The notes under the pieces are model-generated. The model was given only the letters and a program-made list of their open reading frames with translations, was not told the DNA's origin and ran no database searches. This document shows positions 1 through 10,534 of a stretch of DNA of 64,000 nt, one piece after another. Position 1 is the first letter of the stretch. Each line of letters begins with the position of its first letter. A program made the position numbers and the translations under genes. This stretch comes from an uncultured Gammaproteobacteria bacterium (lineage in GTDB: Bacteria; Patescibacteriota; Microgenomatia; Levybacterales; UBA12049), in the NCBI GenBank assembly GCA_964474445.1, contig CAYYSJ010000007.1, positions 3,112 to 67,111 of the forward strand, read 5' to 3'.

Positions 1-106
1 AGCAGGTTGGGTCAGAAAGTAACTTAACAAGTGTTGCTTGCAGATAAAACCTTTTACTATCTGCGAGGTCGTTTTGGAATTTTTCTCTATCATTTTGCTT
101 CAACAT
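1..106 (-). CDS. N-terminal part of probable ArsR-family regulator (runs off window)
   Basis: Manual translation MLKQNDREKFQNDLADSKRFYLQATLVKLLSDPTC resembles the ArsR 'K.L.DPT' helix; upstream TTGACA-17-TACTAT promoter on - strand. Confidence 0.5.
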   Translation of the reverse strand, partial: MLKQNDREKFQNDLADSKRFYLQATLVKLLSDPTC

Positions 107-354
107 AATTTCTTAATTGCGCAACTATTTAATAGTAGAGCAAGACTTTATGTCTGTCAAGAGAACATTTCGTCTACATATTGACCTATACGACTTGAAT
201 GTATTACCTAATTTTGTCTGCAAAATTTGATAGCTCTCCAGTTCACCCACTGCTGTTATCCTCTCCGTCGCAAAGTTTGAATCATGGAGCAGTCTTAAGC
301 GACGATAAACTTATAAAAGCTCTCAAAGAGGGAGAGAAAGACCTAGACAAATAG

Positions 355-1104
355 CTAGATTTTCTTTGCGATAATAGTGAGGAAAAGAGGAAATTCAGAA
401 CGTGCCCTATTTTCCATTTTAGCAGCTTTCCCAAGACTTTCTTTCTCTGATACCCATTCTTCCAAATCTTCAATAACAAAACTGTTGTCTTTCAATGCTT
501 TTGTGTAAAAAGACAGTGGATAATGAAAAGACCATGTTACCTCAGAGCTTTTTTCTCCCGGATGCATAGTTATAGGAATTTTAAGAGGTGAGAGATAAAG
601 GTTTTCATACCGATACTGTAATTTGTTTTCTCCCATTCCCCATCCTGATTGACGAGGAATTCTGAAGGAAGGGTGATTAAGAACAATCACAAATTTTCCA
701 TTCTGCACGAGATGTTCGGAAGCATTTCGTATGGCATTTTGTGGAAATTCCATATTTTGTAAAGACAACATAGCAACAGCGTGGGTAAAATCTTTTTCTG
801 AAATACTCATGCGCTTGGTGGCATCTGCAAAAACAAAAGTGTGTTTTGTATTTCTATCTTTGCTTTTTGCAGAATCAATAAGGCTTTTCGCCAAATCTAT
901 TCCAACATATGGAATATTCTGGTCTATTGAGCGAGCTAATATACCTTGTCCACAGCCTATATCCAAAAGTCTGCTGTGAGAATCTAATCCTAATAAACGC
1001 AGTACTCTAGGCAAGACAACAGACTGATGATAATAATGGCCTTTGTCACCAACAATCTTGTTGTACCACTTCCCTGATTTATTCCAAGAGGTATCCTTCT
1101 TCAT
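355..1104 (-). CDS. Class I SAM-dependent methyltransferase
   Basis: LLDIGCGQG motif I, GIDLA motif II. Confidence 0.9.
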   Translation of the reverse strand: MKKDTSWNKSGKWYNKIVGDKGHYYHQSVVLPRVLRLLGLDSHSRLLDIGCGQGILARSIDQNIPYVGIDLAKSLIDSAKSKDRNTKHTFVFADATKRMSISEKDFTHAVAMLSLQNMEFPQNAIRNASEHLVQNGKFVIVLNHPSFRIPRQSGWGMGENKLQYRYENLYLSPLKIPITMHPGEKSSEVTWSFHYPLSFYTKALKDNSFVIEDLEEWVSEKESLGKAAKMENRARSEFPLFLTIIAKKI

Positions 1105-1257
1105 AATACTTGTATTCTCTCAAACAATTTAACACTATAGCAAGAGAACAATTACGTATATAGTATTTTTCTTACAAACTTCTTTCAAGATAATACGGTT
1201 TCTGCTTACAAATTTCACCCTTGAACCATCGTACTCTTCTGTTATACTAGCCTCATT

Positions 1258-3072
1258 ATGTCAGCTTCAAACCCGTTACACCACCTTCCCGACCCATTTG
1301 ATGATATTAAAAAAGTGGATATGGGACATTGTTTTAGCGCTAGTAATAGCAATTTGTATGCAAGTGCAGAATTTGGGAGAGATGCAAGGCAACTTGCTGT
1401 TGATGCCCTTATTTTCGATCCCACTATTACCAAACGTGTTGTTATGTCATTGGTAAAACACCAGGCATGGAAACGCAATGATATCACAGAAGCACAACCG
1501 GGGAAATTTCATCATGAACATCGAGAGCTTTTTATTAATGGCCAAAAGATTCCTGAACATTCAGAAAAAATTCTCAGAGAATTATCTGCAAAATGGGGAG
1601 GAACTGATGAAAAAGTTACTTACTATGGAAGTTCTGATATTACTCCTGATGTAGTTAGCCTTATCGCAGAGCTTGCAAAGCAAGACCTTGCTATTTTAAA
1701 GGAAAAAGTTATCAATCACGACAGGAAGAAAAAAATTAGTATTAAAGATAGTGCTCGCCATGGGATTCAGTGGGTCATGGATAGGATTGTCTTTGGTCCA
1801 ACCGTTACGCCACATAATAATATTGTCCAAAAATTCTTGGAGAAAAACCATCTGACGCAATTTGTTCCGACATATCACAATTACGTTTTGCGAAACATTG
1901 ATTGGATGAATCAAAAAATCACCACTGTTGGACAACAGCTTCGACTGCCTCTCTCTCAAAAAAAGAAACGAGTCAAATTACTTGAATTCCAACGTATCAA
2001 TCAACAAGGTATAACGTATCAAGGATGGATGGACGGAGGAACTTCCCTTATCCACTCCTCAAAAGAGATGCAAGGAATTCTTGCAGACTACAGGCAACCG
2101 ATTGCAACCATTGAAATGCAAGGATCTGCAATTGATGCACTTGAAAAAGCTGCATTTCTTTTCCCTAAAAAGGGCAAACATTTTAGAAAATTGGCTGATG
2201 AAGTTCGTGCAAACGTTATCAAACACTTTTGGATGGAAGACAAACAGTTTTTTGCAATGGGAACTGACAGAGAAAACAAAGGAGCACTGAGAAAAATTGA
2301 CACACTCGGAGCAAATGTCGGCGAACTCCTTAACTCTACATTTTTTGATACGATGCTTTTGCATGAAAAACAAAAGTACATCTCAGCAATTTTAACAATG
2401 CTTTTTAGTGATGAATTTCTTACAGACGCAGGTCTTCGTACACGGGCTAAATCTTCTGCTCACCTCACAGACATGTCTGAGAATAAGAATCAACCAAATT
2501 CTCCTTTGGATTATTGGGATTATCAAGGAGCAGAAACATCCTGGATTGTTCAAACAGGAAGAATTGCTGAAGGTCTTCGCATGCAAGGGTTCTACAATTT
2601 GGCGGAGCAATTAGATAACAGAATAGTAAATACCGTCAATCTCTGCAATTTTAATTTGGAATATGTCTATGTTGGAGCAAGAGGACAGTTGGAAAATGTT
2701 GTTGCGTACAAGACAGTTTCAAAGCAAACAATGTATCCACGATCAAAAAATCTTGATGTTGTTACGATCTCTGCAACAAATGTTCCAGAAGCAACGCAAA
2801 CGTGGACTGCATCACGAGTTGCAACAATATTGCATAGGAAAAGCCATCCAGAACTTACTGGACAGACAGAAAAAGAATCTTGGCAGGATAAACTTGAGCA
2901 AACAATCCTTGCTGATTTGAAACAAAAAGGAGCATTTCTTCCGATTTTTGATGCAGAAAAAGTTTTGACACTTCGGGAAACTGCGCCATTATTCGTTGTT
3001 GATCAAGAGAAAGGCAGAAAATTGGAAGAAGACATAAAGGCACATTCTAAAAACTTTTACCTGAATTACTAA
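1258..3072 (+). CDS. Amylo-alpha-1,6-glucosidase/glycogen-debranching-like (alpha/alpha)6 glycoside hydrolase
   Basis: FGRD, QPGKFHHE, YYGSSDITP, QGWMDG and IEMQG motifs. Confidence 0.75.
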   Translation: MSASNPLHHLPDPFDDIKKVDMGHCFSASNSNLYASAEFGRDARQLAVDALIFDPTITKRVVMSLVKHQAWKRNDITEAQPGKFHHEHRELFINGQKIPEHSEKILRELSAKWGGTDEKVTYYGSSDITPDVVSLIAELAKQDLAILKEKVINHDRKKKISIKDSARHGIQWVMDRIVFGPTVTPHNNIVQKFLEKNHLTQFVPTYHNYVLRNIDWMNQKITTVGQQLRLPLSQKKKRVKLLEFQRINQQGITYQGWMDGGTSLIHSSKEMQGILADYRQPIATIEMQGSAIDALEKAAFLFPKKGKHFRKLADEVRANVIKHFWMEDKQFFAMGTDRENKGALRKIDTLGANVGELLNSTFFDTMLLHEKQKYISAILTMLFSDEFLTDAGLRTRAKSSAHLTDMSENKNQPNSPLDYWDYQGAETSWIVQTGRIAEGLRMQGFYNLAEQLDNRIVNTVNLCNFNLEYVYVGARGQLENVVAYKTVSKQTMYPRSKNLDVVTISATNVPEATQTWTASRVATILHRKSHPELTGQTEKESWQDKLEQTILADLKQKGAFLPIFDAEKVLTLRETAPLFVVDQEKGRKLEEDIKAHSKNFYLNY

Positions 3073-3109
3073 GGAACGAAATTTCTGAAGAAGCACCTGT
3101 CTTTTACTG

Positions 3110-5479
3110 TTATGCAGAGATAGGATGGCTCACGACTCGGCCTGCTGGTTCTTTATCTTCTACTTTTTGAGCTTTCAAAGGCTTCACTAGCGCAACCGGT
3201 AACACCTCATCCATATGTCCTACAAAGACAAACTTTAAGTCATTAATAACTTCCTTTGGTAACTCTTCCAAATCCTTCTCATTTTCCTTTGGCAAAATAA
3301 CAGTCTTGATACCTGCTCTATGCGCAGCGATCACTTTTTCCTTTACCCCACCAATTTCTAGTGCTCTTCCTCGAAGTGTTACTTCACCGGTCATTGCAAC
3401 TGTTCGTTTGACTGGAATTTTTGTCAGTGCTGAAATAATTGCTGTTGTAATAGCAAGCCCTGCAGATGGACCATCCTTTGGTACTGCTCCTTCTGGAACA
3501 TGGACATGAATATCTGTTTTCTGGAAGGTTTTATCTGGAATACCAAACAGATTTGCACGAGAGCGAATATATGAAAGCGCAGCTTGAGCTGATTCTTTCA
3601 TGACATCACCCAACTGACCAGTCAGAATAAGTCCACCTTTTCCTGGCATCAAAGCAACTTCGATAAAGAGGATGTCTCCACCTGCTTCTGTCCAGGCCAT
3701 ACCAGTTGACATACCAACTTCATCTTTCTTCTCAATAAGATTCTCACTGAAGACAATTGGACCTAAGTACTTCGTTACTGTTTTATCTGTAACAATTGTT
3801 TTCTCAGGGGTCCCTTCAGCAACTTCTTTTGCTACTTTTCGATAGATTGCTGCAAGCCTTCGTTCTAAGTTACGTACTCCAGCCTCTCTTGTATAATGCT
3901 GAATGACAAATTTCACCGCATCATCAGTAATCTCTATTTGGTTTTCTTTGAGTCCATTTGCCTCAACGAGTTTCTTGAATAAGAAGTTCTTTGCAATTTT
4001 GAATTTTTCATCTTGTGTGTATCCTGCAAAGTTAATGATTTCAAGTCTATCCCTCAAAGCTGGCGGAATAGTATCTAAAACATTTGCCGTGGTAATAAAC
4101 ATCACATCAGATAAGTTAAATGGAACTTCCAAATAATGATCCGAAAATCCATGATTTTGTTCCGGATCTAATGCTTCTAACAATGCTGCAGTTGGATCTC
4201 CGCGGAAATCTGCACCAACTTTATCAATTTCATCAAGCATGAAGACAGGGTTCTTAGTTCTAGCATCTTTAATGCCCTGAATAATTCGACCTGGCATTGC
4301 TCCAACATATGTCCGTCTGTGTCCTCGAATTTCTGCCTCGTCACGGATACCTCCAAGAGATACTTTCACAAACTTTCGACCTAATGCTTTTGCAATTGAT
4401 TTTCCAATAGATGTTTTCCCAACACCAGGAGGCCCTGCAAAACAAAGAATTGGTCCTTTCATCTTGCCAGATAATTTTCTCACTGCTAGGTACTCAACAA
4501 TTCGTTCTTTTGCTTTCTTCAGACCAAAGTGCTCTTCATCTAAAATTTTCTCAGCGAGTTTAATATTAACATTATCTTTACTCTCTTGACTCCATGGCAA
4601 GTCTACTAACCATTCAACATAATTTCTAATATACCCTGCTTCTGGATTGAATTGATTCATTTGCCCAAGCTTTTTCACTTCTTTCTTTGCTTTTTCCTCT
4701 ACTTCCTCAGGCATTCCTGCTTTTTTAATCTTATCCAGTAACTCTTTCACTTCACCTGCATCATCTGTCTCTTGTCCTAATTCTTTTTCAATTGTCTTGA
4801 GTCTCTCTCTGAGTATTGCTTGTCTTGCGCCTTTTTCAAATTGTTCTTGAGTCTTGGATGCAATTCTTCTTTCAAGCTCGAGGATTTTAATCTCTCTTGA
4901 AAGCAGATCAGCAATTTTTTCAAGTCTTTCCTTTACATTGGTCATTTCTAATATATGTTGTCGCTCTTGTGGTTTTAGATCCAGTGCAGAAGCAACTAAA
5001 TCAGCAAGTTCTGAAGGAGAATTATCAGACATAATATTCATAAAGACGAGAAAGTCTGAAGACTTTCCTAAATTCATCGCTCTACGAAATTCGTTTGTAA
5101 TATGATTGCATAATGCTCGTACTTCTGGAGTATCTTCAACAACATCAGGAAGCTCTACAACATGTGCAAGAAGATATGCATCATGTTCTTCATAAGAAAC
5201 AATTTTGATACGAGTAAGTCCTCTCACTTGCGCGTTAATTTCACCATTTGTACGAATCATTCGCTCAATTCGTGAGAGTGTTCCAATTTCAAAAAGATCT
5301 TCTGTTGAGGGATCATTAATTCGTGCGTTTTTTTGTAGTACAAAACAGACAATACGTTCATTTTGGAAAGAGGATTCAAGTGCTGCTAAACTCTTCTGCC
5401 TTCCGAAAGTGAGGACTGCATCGGTATTGGGGAATATAATACCATCTCTAATTGGAATTACGGGTACTAATTTGTCCAT
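3110..5479 (-). CDS. lon: ATP-dependent protease La (Lon)
   Basis: LON N-domain, GPPGVGKT Walker A, PKDGPSAG catalytic Ser motif. Confidence 0.98.
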   Translation of the reverse strand: MDKLVPVIPIRDGIIFPNTDAVLTFGRQKSLAALESSFQNERIVCFVLQKNARINDPSTEDLFEIGTLSRIERMIRTNGEINAQVRGLTRIKIVSYEEHDAYLLAHVVELPDVVEDTPEVRALCNHITNEFRRAMNLGKSSDFLVFMNIMSDNSPSELADLVASALDLKPQERQHILEMTNVKERLEKIADLLSREIKILELERRIASKTQEQFEKGARQAILRERLKTIEKELGQETDDAGEVKELLDKIKKAGMPEEVEEKAKKEVKKLGQMNQFNPEAGYIRNYVEWLVDLPWSQESKDNVNIKLAEKILDEEHFGLKKAKERIVEYLAVRKLSGKMKGPILCFAGPPGVGKTSIGKSIAKALGRKFVKVSLGGIRDEAEIRGHRRTYVGAMPGRIIQGIKDARTKNPVFMLDEIDKVGADFRGDPTAALLEALDPEQNHGFSDHYLEVPFNLSDVMFITTANVLDTIPPALRDRLEIINFAGYTQDEKFKIAKNFLFKKLVEANGLKENQIEITDDAVKFVIQHYTREAGVRNLERRLAAIYRKVAKEVAEGTPEKTIVTDKTVTKYLGPIVFSENLIEKKDEVGMSTGMAWTEAGGDILFIEVALMPGKGGLILTGQLGDVMKESAQAALSYIRSRANLFGIPDKTFQKTDIHVHVPEGAVPKDGPSAGLAITTAIISALTKIPVKRTVAMTGEVTLRGRALEIGGVKEKVIAAHRAGIKTVILPKENEKDLEELPKEVINDLKFVFVGHMDEVLPVALVKPLKAQKVEDKEPAGRVVSHPISA

Positions 5480-5493
5480 AAATATTTACCTAT

Positions 5494-5527
5494 TTAGCAC
5501 TCTATCAGACATGTTGCTAACTGTCAA
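5494..5527 (-). promoter_or_regulatory. CIRCE-like (HrcA) operator overlapping the sigma70 promoter of lon
   Basis: TTAGCACTC-N9-TGTTGCTAA at 5494-5520 (consensus TTAGCACTC-N9-GAGTGCTAA); - strand TTGACA (5522-5527)-17-TAGAGT. Confidence 0.75.
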
Positions 5528-5695
5528 CCCCCAAAAATACTCTAATCCCTCCTTATCCTCGTAAGAAAATACTATAACTGTATAATACAACTGAACTTAT
5601 GCAAATACGCCAATTTTTTTTCATTGTTCACACTAATAACGAACCTCTTTCTCTGGTTGACAGCCTCAATCTGACAGACCTACAATTAGGAAGCC

Positions 5696-6877
5696 ATGAT
5701 CTATTTAAGCCAACTTCTTAACAAACCAATTTACCAAAATGGCAAGCCTTTTGGAAAAATTGTTGACCTTGCAATCTTTGAGAATAGGCCAAATCCTCCT
5801 GTTTCAAAAGTAGAAATTAAACACGGTACAGAAAAATTGACCGTCTCCCCCCAAGCACTTACGTTGATGAATAATCATATTTCTTTGCCTGCACAACATA
5901 TTCCTATGCTTCCCTATGATCATAAGGATTTCTATCTCGTTGAAGATTTACTCGATAAACAGGTTATTGATACGGATGGGAGAAGATTGGTTCGAGTTAA
6001 TGATGTAATCCTTGAAAAGAACGGAGAATTTAAGGTGGTCGGCATTGATATTGGTTTTGCAGGTGTACTGAGGCGTTTAGGGTTAGGTATGTTTGCACAT
6101 CAAACGACAGTACTTCCCTGGAATGTTATTGAAGCATTTGATTATCAAACAGGAGATGTCAGAATAAAAATAAAACAAAGCAGTCTGAATACCCTCCACC
6201 CTGCTGATCTTGCAAATATTCTTGAGGATGCAGGAACAAAAGAGCGGATAGGAATTGTTGAAGCACTAGATGCAAAGCAAGCGGCAAGAGCCCTGGAAGA
6301 AGCAGATGAGGAGACACAAGTCTCAATTCTTGAAAACCTGAAGCCAGAGACAATAAAAGATGTTGTCAATAAAATGCATATTGCAGAAATCGCAGATGTC
6401 TTCAAAGACCTGAATCCCTCGAAGGCAAAAGAAGTCCAAAACGCATTAGGTACTGAAAGAACCCAAAAAGTGACTAAATTGCTCTCGTTCTCAGATGATG
6501 TTGCGGGAGGAATGATGCACTTAGGTTTTTTCCAAGCAGAAAGTAGTAAGACAGTAAAAGAAGTTATTAAGGAAATGGAAAATCAAGCAAATGTTCCAGA
6601 AACGATTATTGTTACAAATGAAGGCGGAAAAATAGCAGGAGTTATTAACACGAAAGAACTTCTTATCGCAGACAAATTGTCACTACTGGAGGATAATATT
6701 TCTGATAAAAAATTTGTATTCCCGGATACTCCCTTAGACGATATTATTGAGCTTTTTGCACAATACAACCTCCGAGTTGTTCCTGTTGTTGATCAAGAGA
6801 AAAAACCTGTTGGTATTATCCTTATTGATGATATTCTTAAAATAGTTGAAGAGGAAAATAGAAATGAAGACCTTTAA
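5696..6877 (+). CDS. PRC-barrel + MgtE intracellular N-domain + CBS-pair protein with no membrane domain
   Basis: LLDKQVIDTDGRRLVRVNDV, LHPADLANILE, C-terminal CBS (VVPVVD..VGII.IDD). Confidence 0.85.
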   Translation: MIYLSQLLNKPIYQNGKPFGKIVDLAIFENRPNPPVSKVEIKHGTEKLTVSPQALTLMNNHISLPAQHIPMLPYDHKDFYLVEDLLDKQVIDTDGRRLVRVNDVILEKNGEFKVVGIDIGFAGVLRRLGLGMFAHQTTVLPWNVIEAFDYQTGDVRIKIKQSSLNTLHPADLANILEDAGTKERIGIVEALDAKQAARALEEADEETQVSILENLKPETIKDVVNKMHIAEIADVFKDLNPSKAKEVQNALGTERTQKVTKLLSFSDDVAGGMMHLGFFQAESSKTVKEVIKEMENQANVPETIIVTNEGGKIAGVINTKELLIADKLSLLEDNISDKKFVFPDTPLDDIIELFAQYNLRVVPVVDQEKKPVGIILIDDILKIVEEENRNEDL

Positions 6878-8102
6878 GAACGTATTTATCCGAATTCTTC
6901 CTCTTCTTGCAATCATTGGGCCTGGAATTATTTCCGGATCTGTCGATAATGATGCAGGAGGGATTACAACCTATTCTCTTGCAGGGGCTTCTTTTGGCTA
7001 CACCCAATTATGGGTATTAACAATTACAACGTTTTGTCTGATTATCACTCAAGAAATTGGCGCACGAATGGGACTTGTCACAGGAAAAGGATTGTCTTCA
7101 TTAATCCGTGAAAAATTTGGTGTGCGGTGGACAACATTTATTATGGGAGTTCTTCTTGCTGCAAATATTGGGACAATTGCTGCAGAATTTGCTGGAATTG
7201 CTGCTGCCTTGGAAATATTCCATATCAGCAAATTAATATCTGTTCCTATTGCAGCTGTTATTATTTATGCTCTTATGTTGAAAGGTAATTTTAAAAGACT
7301 AGAGAGAGTTTTTCTTGTCGCTTCCGCATTTTATCTTGTTTATATTGTTTCTGCTGTTCTTGCCAAACCTGATTGGGGTCTTTCTTTTAAAAGCCTTGTT
7401 GTCCCAACAATACAATTAAATAAAGGATATTTCCTTACCATGATTGCTGTTATTGGAACAACGATCACACCATGGGGGCAATTCTTTATTCAGGACTATG
7501 TGGTAGATAAAAAACTGAGTAAAGATGATTTATCTATTGAGCGAGGAGATGTCATGGTTGGCTCAATACTCACCAACGTTATTTCTTACTTTATTATTAT
7601 TGCGTGTGCTGCAACAATTTTTAGTCACGGTTTGGCTATAAATGATGCAAAAGATGCGGCAATTGCTCTTCAACCACTTGCCGGACATCTGGCTAGTTTT
7701 CTTTTTGCTTTTGGACTTTTGAACGCTTCCATTTTCGGTGCTGCATTAGTGCCAATTTCAACGTCCTATGTTGTCAGTGAAGCTTTTGGATTTGAATCAG
7801 GGCTTAATTTTAGTTTTGAAGAAGCACCTCAATTCTATGGATTATTTGCATTTCTACTGATAATGGGAAGTCTACTCGTTATTCTTCCGTTTGTTCCCCT
7901 CTTAACAATTCTTTTTGTTTCACAGGCAATTAATGCAGTTCTTCTTCTCCCAATTCTTATTTTTGTATACATTCTCTCGAACGATAAAAAATTACTTGGA
8001 GTATATGCAAATAATAGGATTGTTAATATTATTGTTTTGATCACCTTTTTTGGAATTGCAATTGCTTCAATTATTTACTTTGCCACACAGTTTATTCATT
8101 AA
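6864..8102 (+). CDS. NRAMP-family divalent metal transporter
   Basis: GPGII..DNDAGGITTYS, GTTITPW, many TM helices; ATG at 6864 overlaps the upstream gene. Confidence 0.9.
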   Translation: MKTFKNVFIRILPLLAIIGPGIISGSVDNDAGGITTYSLAGASFGYTQLWVLTITTFCLIITQEIGARMGLVTGKGLSSLIREKFGVRWTTFIMGVLLAANIGTIAAEFAGIAAALEIFHISKLISVPIAAVIIYALMLKGNFKRLERVFLVASAFYLVYIVSAVLAKPDWGLSFKSLVVPTIQLNKGYFLTMIAVIGTTITPWGQFFIQDYVVDKKLSKDDLSIERGDVMVGSILTNVISYFIIIACAATIFSHGLAINDAKDAAIALQPLAGHLASFLFAFGLLNASIFGAALVPISTSYVVSEAFGFESGLNFSFEEAPQFYGLFAFLLIMGSLLVILPFVPLLTILFVSQAINAVLLLPILIFVYILSNDKKLLGVYANNRIVNIIVLITFFGIAIASIIYFATQFIH

Positions 8103-8293
8103 GAAGTTTATTATCTTTGTTGTAACTTTTTCAATAGATACACTTTCAGTTTTATATAATCCTTACACTCTGTTTCAAGATATATGTAAGAATAAAGAGA
8201 TATTTTTCATCTTCTTCTTACAAAGATTACCTGTAATTTTTATCTTTATCATTTATTCTCCTCATTATATTTGCTCCCCTGACCCCCAAGATT

Positions 8294-10528
8294 ATGCAAA
8301 AACTATCAATTATCATTCCTGTTTTTAATGAAGAGGGAAATATAGAAAAGCTTGTTAAACGAATTGACAAGACATGTAAAGCAGGAAAAATTCTCTATGA
8401 GATTATTTTTGTAGACGATCATTCTACCGATAACACAAGAGAAATAATCAAACTCCTCTCTCCATTCTTCCCTCTTTCACTCCATATGAAACAAAGTAGG
8501 CAAGGTAAATCATATTCGCTTCTTGAAGGATTTTCTTACACAAAGTATGACATCCTCTGCATGATTGATGCCGACTTACAATATGCACCAGAATATATTC
8601 CTGAAATGTTACAAAAAATTTCATTTGCTGATATTGTCATTGCTCATAGGGTAGAACAATCAGTACCTTTGTCTCGAAAACTCCTCAGTAACACACAACA
8701 TCTTCTTTTTAATAAATTGTTACATCATATCGACTATGATGTACAATCAGGACTAAAAATATTTAAAAAGGAAATCATAGAACGTATAACCCTTAATCCG
8801 AAGCCGTGGACATTTGATTTGGAATTCCTATTAAAAGCACAGAATGCAGGATATACAATAATATCCCATGATATTATTTTTCATAAAAGAGTCCATGGTG
8901 TATCAAAAATACATATTCTGAAAGATTCATGGCAGATAGGGCTTGCTGCAATACAATTGCGATTTGCAAAATCTTCTGTTATTCCTTTCGATCCAACAAC
9001 CGCGTTTAAAAACGGAAAAGGATTTCATTACAAGGGACGTACTTTTATTCATCATTCTGAACTTTCTGTTCAGGAGACTGCTTTTTTCCGACTTACTCCT
9101 TCCCAACAGCTCGTCATACTCTTTACTTTCCTTGCCATACTTATGAGTTTTCTTACTGATTGGCATTTCACTATTATTGCATTACTTGCAATACTCACAG
9201 TTTTTTATTTTACTGATCTCTTGTTTAGTTTATTTCTTGTCCTCAGAAATTTTCAAAAACAAACAGAGATTGAGGTGGAGGATACCTATCTTACTTCTCA
9301 CAGAGCATGGCCAATATATACAATATTCTGCCCTTTGTATCAAGAAACCACCGTTATTCCACAATTTGTAGAGGCAATACAAAAACTTGACTATCCAAAA
9401 GACAAATTGCAAGTAATGCTTCTTTTGGAAGAGGATGACCTAGAGACAATCAAAAAAGCTCGTTCTCTTTCTCTCCCATTCTATTTTGAAATTGTTGTTG
9501 TTCCTCACTCGCTCCCTAAAACAAAACCGAAAGCACTTAATTATGGTCTGTCTCTTGCAAAAGGAAATTATGTAGTTATTTTTGATGCTGAAGATATGCC
9601 AGATCCATTACAGCTAAAAAAGGTCGTCGTTGCATTTGAAAAAAGTGACAACGATATCGCCTGTATGCAAGCAAAACTCAATTTTTATAATCCTCATCAA
9701 AATTTATTAACAAGAATATTTACTGCAGAATATTCTTTATGGTTTGATCTAGTACTGACAGGATTACAATCTCTTGAAGCACCTATTCCCTTAGGGGGAA
9801 CATCAAATCATTTCCGAAGACGGGAGTTAAAAAATTTAAAAGGATGGGATTCTTTTAATGTCACTGAAGATTGTGATTTAGGTTTACGGCTTGCTAAACA
9901 AGGATTTAAAACTGCTTTGGTTAACTCAACAACTCTTGAGGAAGCAAACAGTGATATCAAGAATTGGTTTCATCAAAGAGGTCGCTGGATTAAAGGATAT
10001 ATTCAAAGTTATTTTGTTCACATTAGAAATCCAAAAGAGTTTCTCAAACAAGCATCCCTGAAGGACTTTATTTTATTCCAAATTGTTGTTGGGGGCAAAA
10101 TAATGTCATTATTTGTTAACCCTCTTCTCTGGGCAATCACTATTATTTACTTTGCTTTTAGATCACATGTAGGAAATCTTATTGAATCCTTCTTCCCAGC
10201 ACCAGTGTATTATATTGGCACTCTTTCTCTCATTTTTGGAAACTTTCTCTACATGTATTACTACATGATTGCAACAATCAAACGAAGCCATTTTAGCATT
10301 ACAAAATATGCTCTCCTTGTTCCCCTTTATTGGCTCTTCATGAGTATATCCGCCTGGGATGCACTTTATAAGATGATTGTTTCTCCTCATCACTGGGCAA
10401 AAACTGTTCATGGCCTACATCTCAAATCACCTGTTGTTGCACACATGAAAACAGTACAAGAAACGAATACATCATCTCAGAATACTATCCCAAGCTTTCC
10501 TCAAGATATACAACCTGCCTTATCATAA
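8294..10528 (+). CDS. Dual GT2 glycosyltransferase: DPM-synthase-like N-domain fused to a processive cellulose-synthase-like domain
   Basis: IIPVFNE/VDD/DADLQ; then KPKALN, FDAED, TED, QRGRW; C-terminal TMs. Confidence 0.9.
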   Translation: MQKLSIIIPVFNEEGNIEKLVKRIDKTCKAGKILYEIIFVDDHSTDNTREIIKLLSPFFPLSLHMKQSRQGKSYSLLEGFSYTKYDILCMIDADLQYAPEYIPEMLQKISFADIVIAHRVEQSVPLSRKLLSNTQHLLFNKLLHHIDYDVQSGLKIFKKEIIERITLNPKPWTFDLEFLLKAQNAGYTIISHDIIFHKRVHGVSKIHILKDSWQIGLAAIQLRFAKSSVIPFDPTTAFKNGKGFHYKGRTFIHHSELSVQETAFFRLTPSQQLVILFTFLAILMSFLTDWHFTIIALLAILTVFYFTDLLFSLFLVLRNFQKQTEIEVEDTYLTSHRAWPIYTIFCPLYQETTVIPQFVEAIQKLDYPKDKLQVMLLLEEDDLETIKKARSLSLPFYFEIVVVPHSLPKTKPKALNYGLSLAKGNYVVIFDAEDMPDPLQLKKVVVAFEKSDNDIACMQAKLNFYNPHQNLLTRIFTAEYSLWFDLVLTGLQSLEAPIPLGGTSNHFRRRELKNLKGWDSFNVTEDCDLGLRLAKQGFKTALVNSTTLEEANSDIKNWFHQRGRWIKGYIQSYFVHIRNPKEFLKQASLKDFILFQIVVGGKIMSLFVNPLLWAITIIYFAFRSHVGNLIESFFPAPVYYIGTLSLIFGNFLYMYYYMIATIKRSHFSITKYALLVPLYWLFMSISAWDALYKMIVSPHHWAKTVHGLHLKSPVVAHMKTVQETNTSSQNTIPSFPQDIQPALS

Positions 10529-10534
10529 ATAATC

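Noticed and set aside
170-354. Possible gene remnant between the ArsR-like gene and the methyltransferase
   Set aside because: No recognisable protein motif in the frames read.
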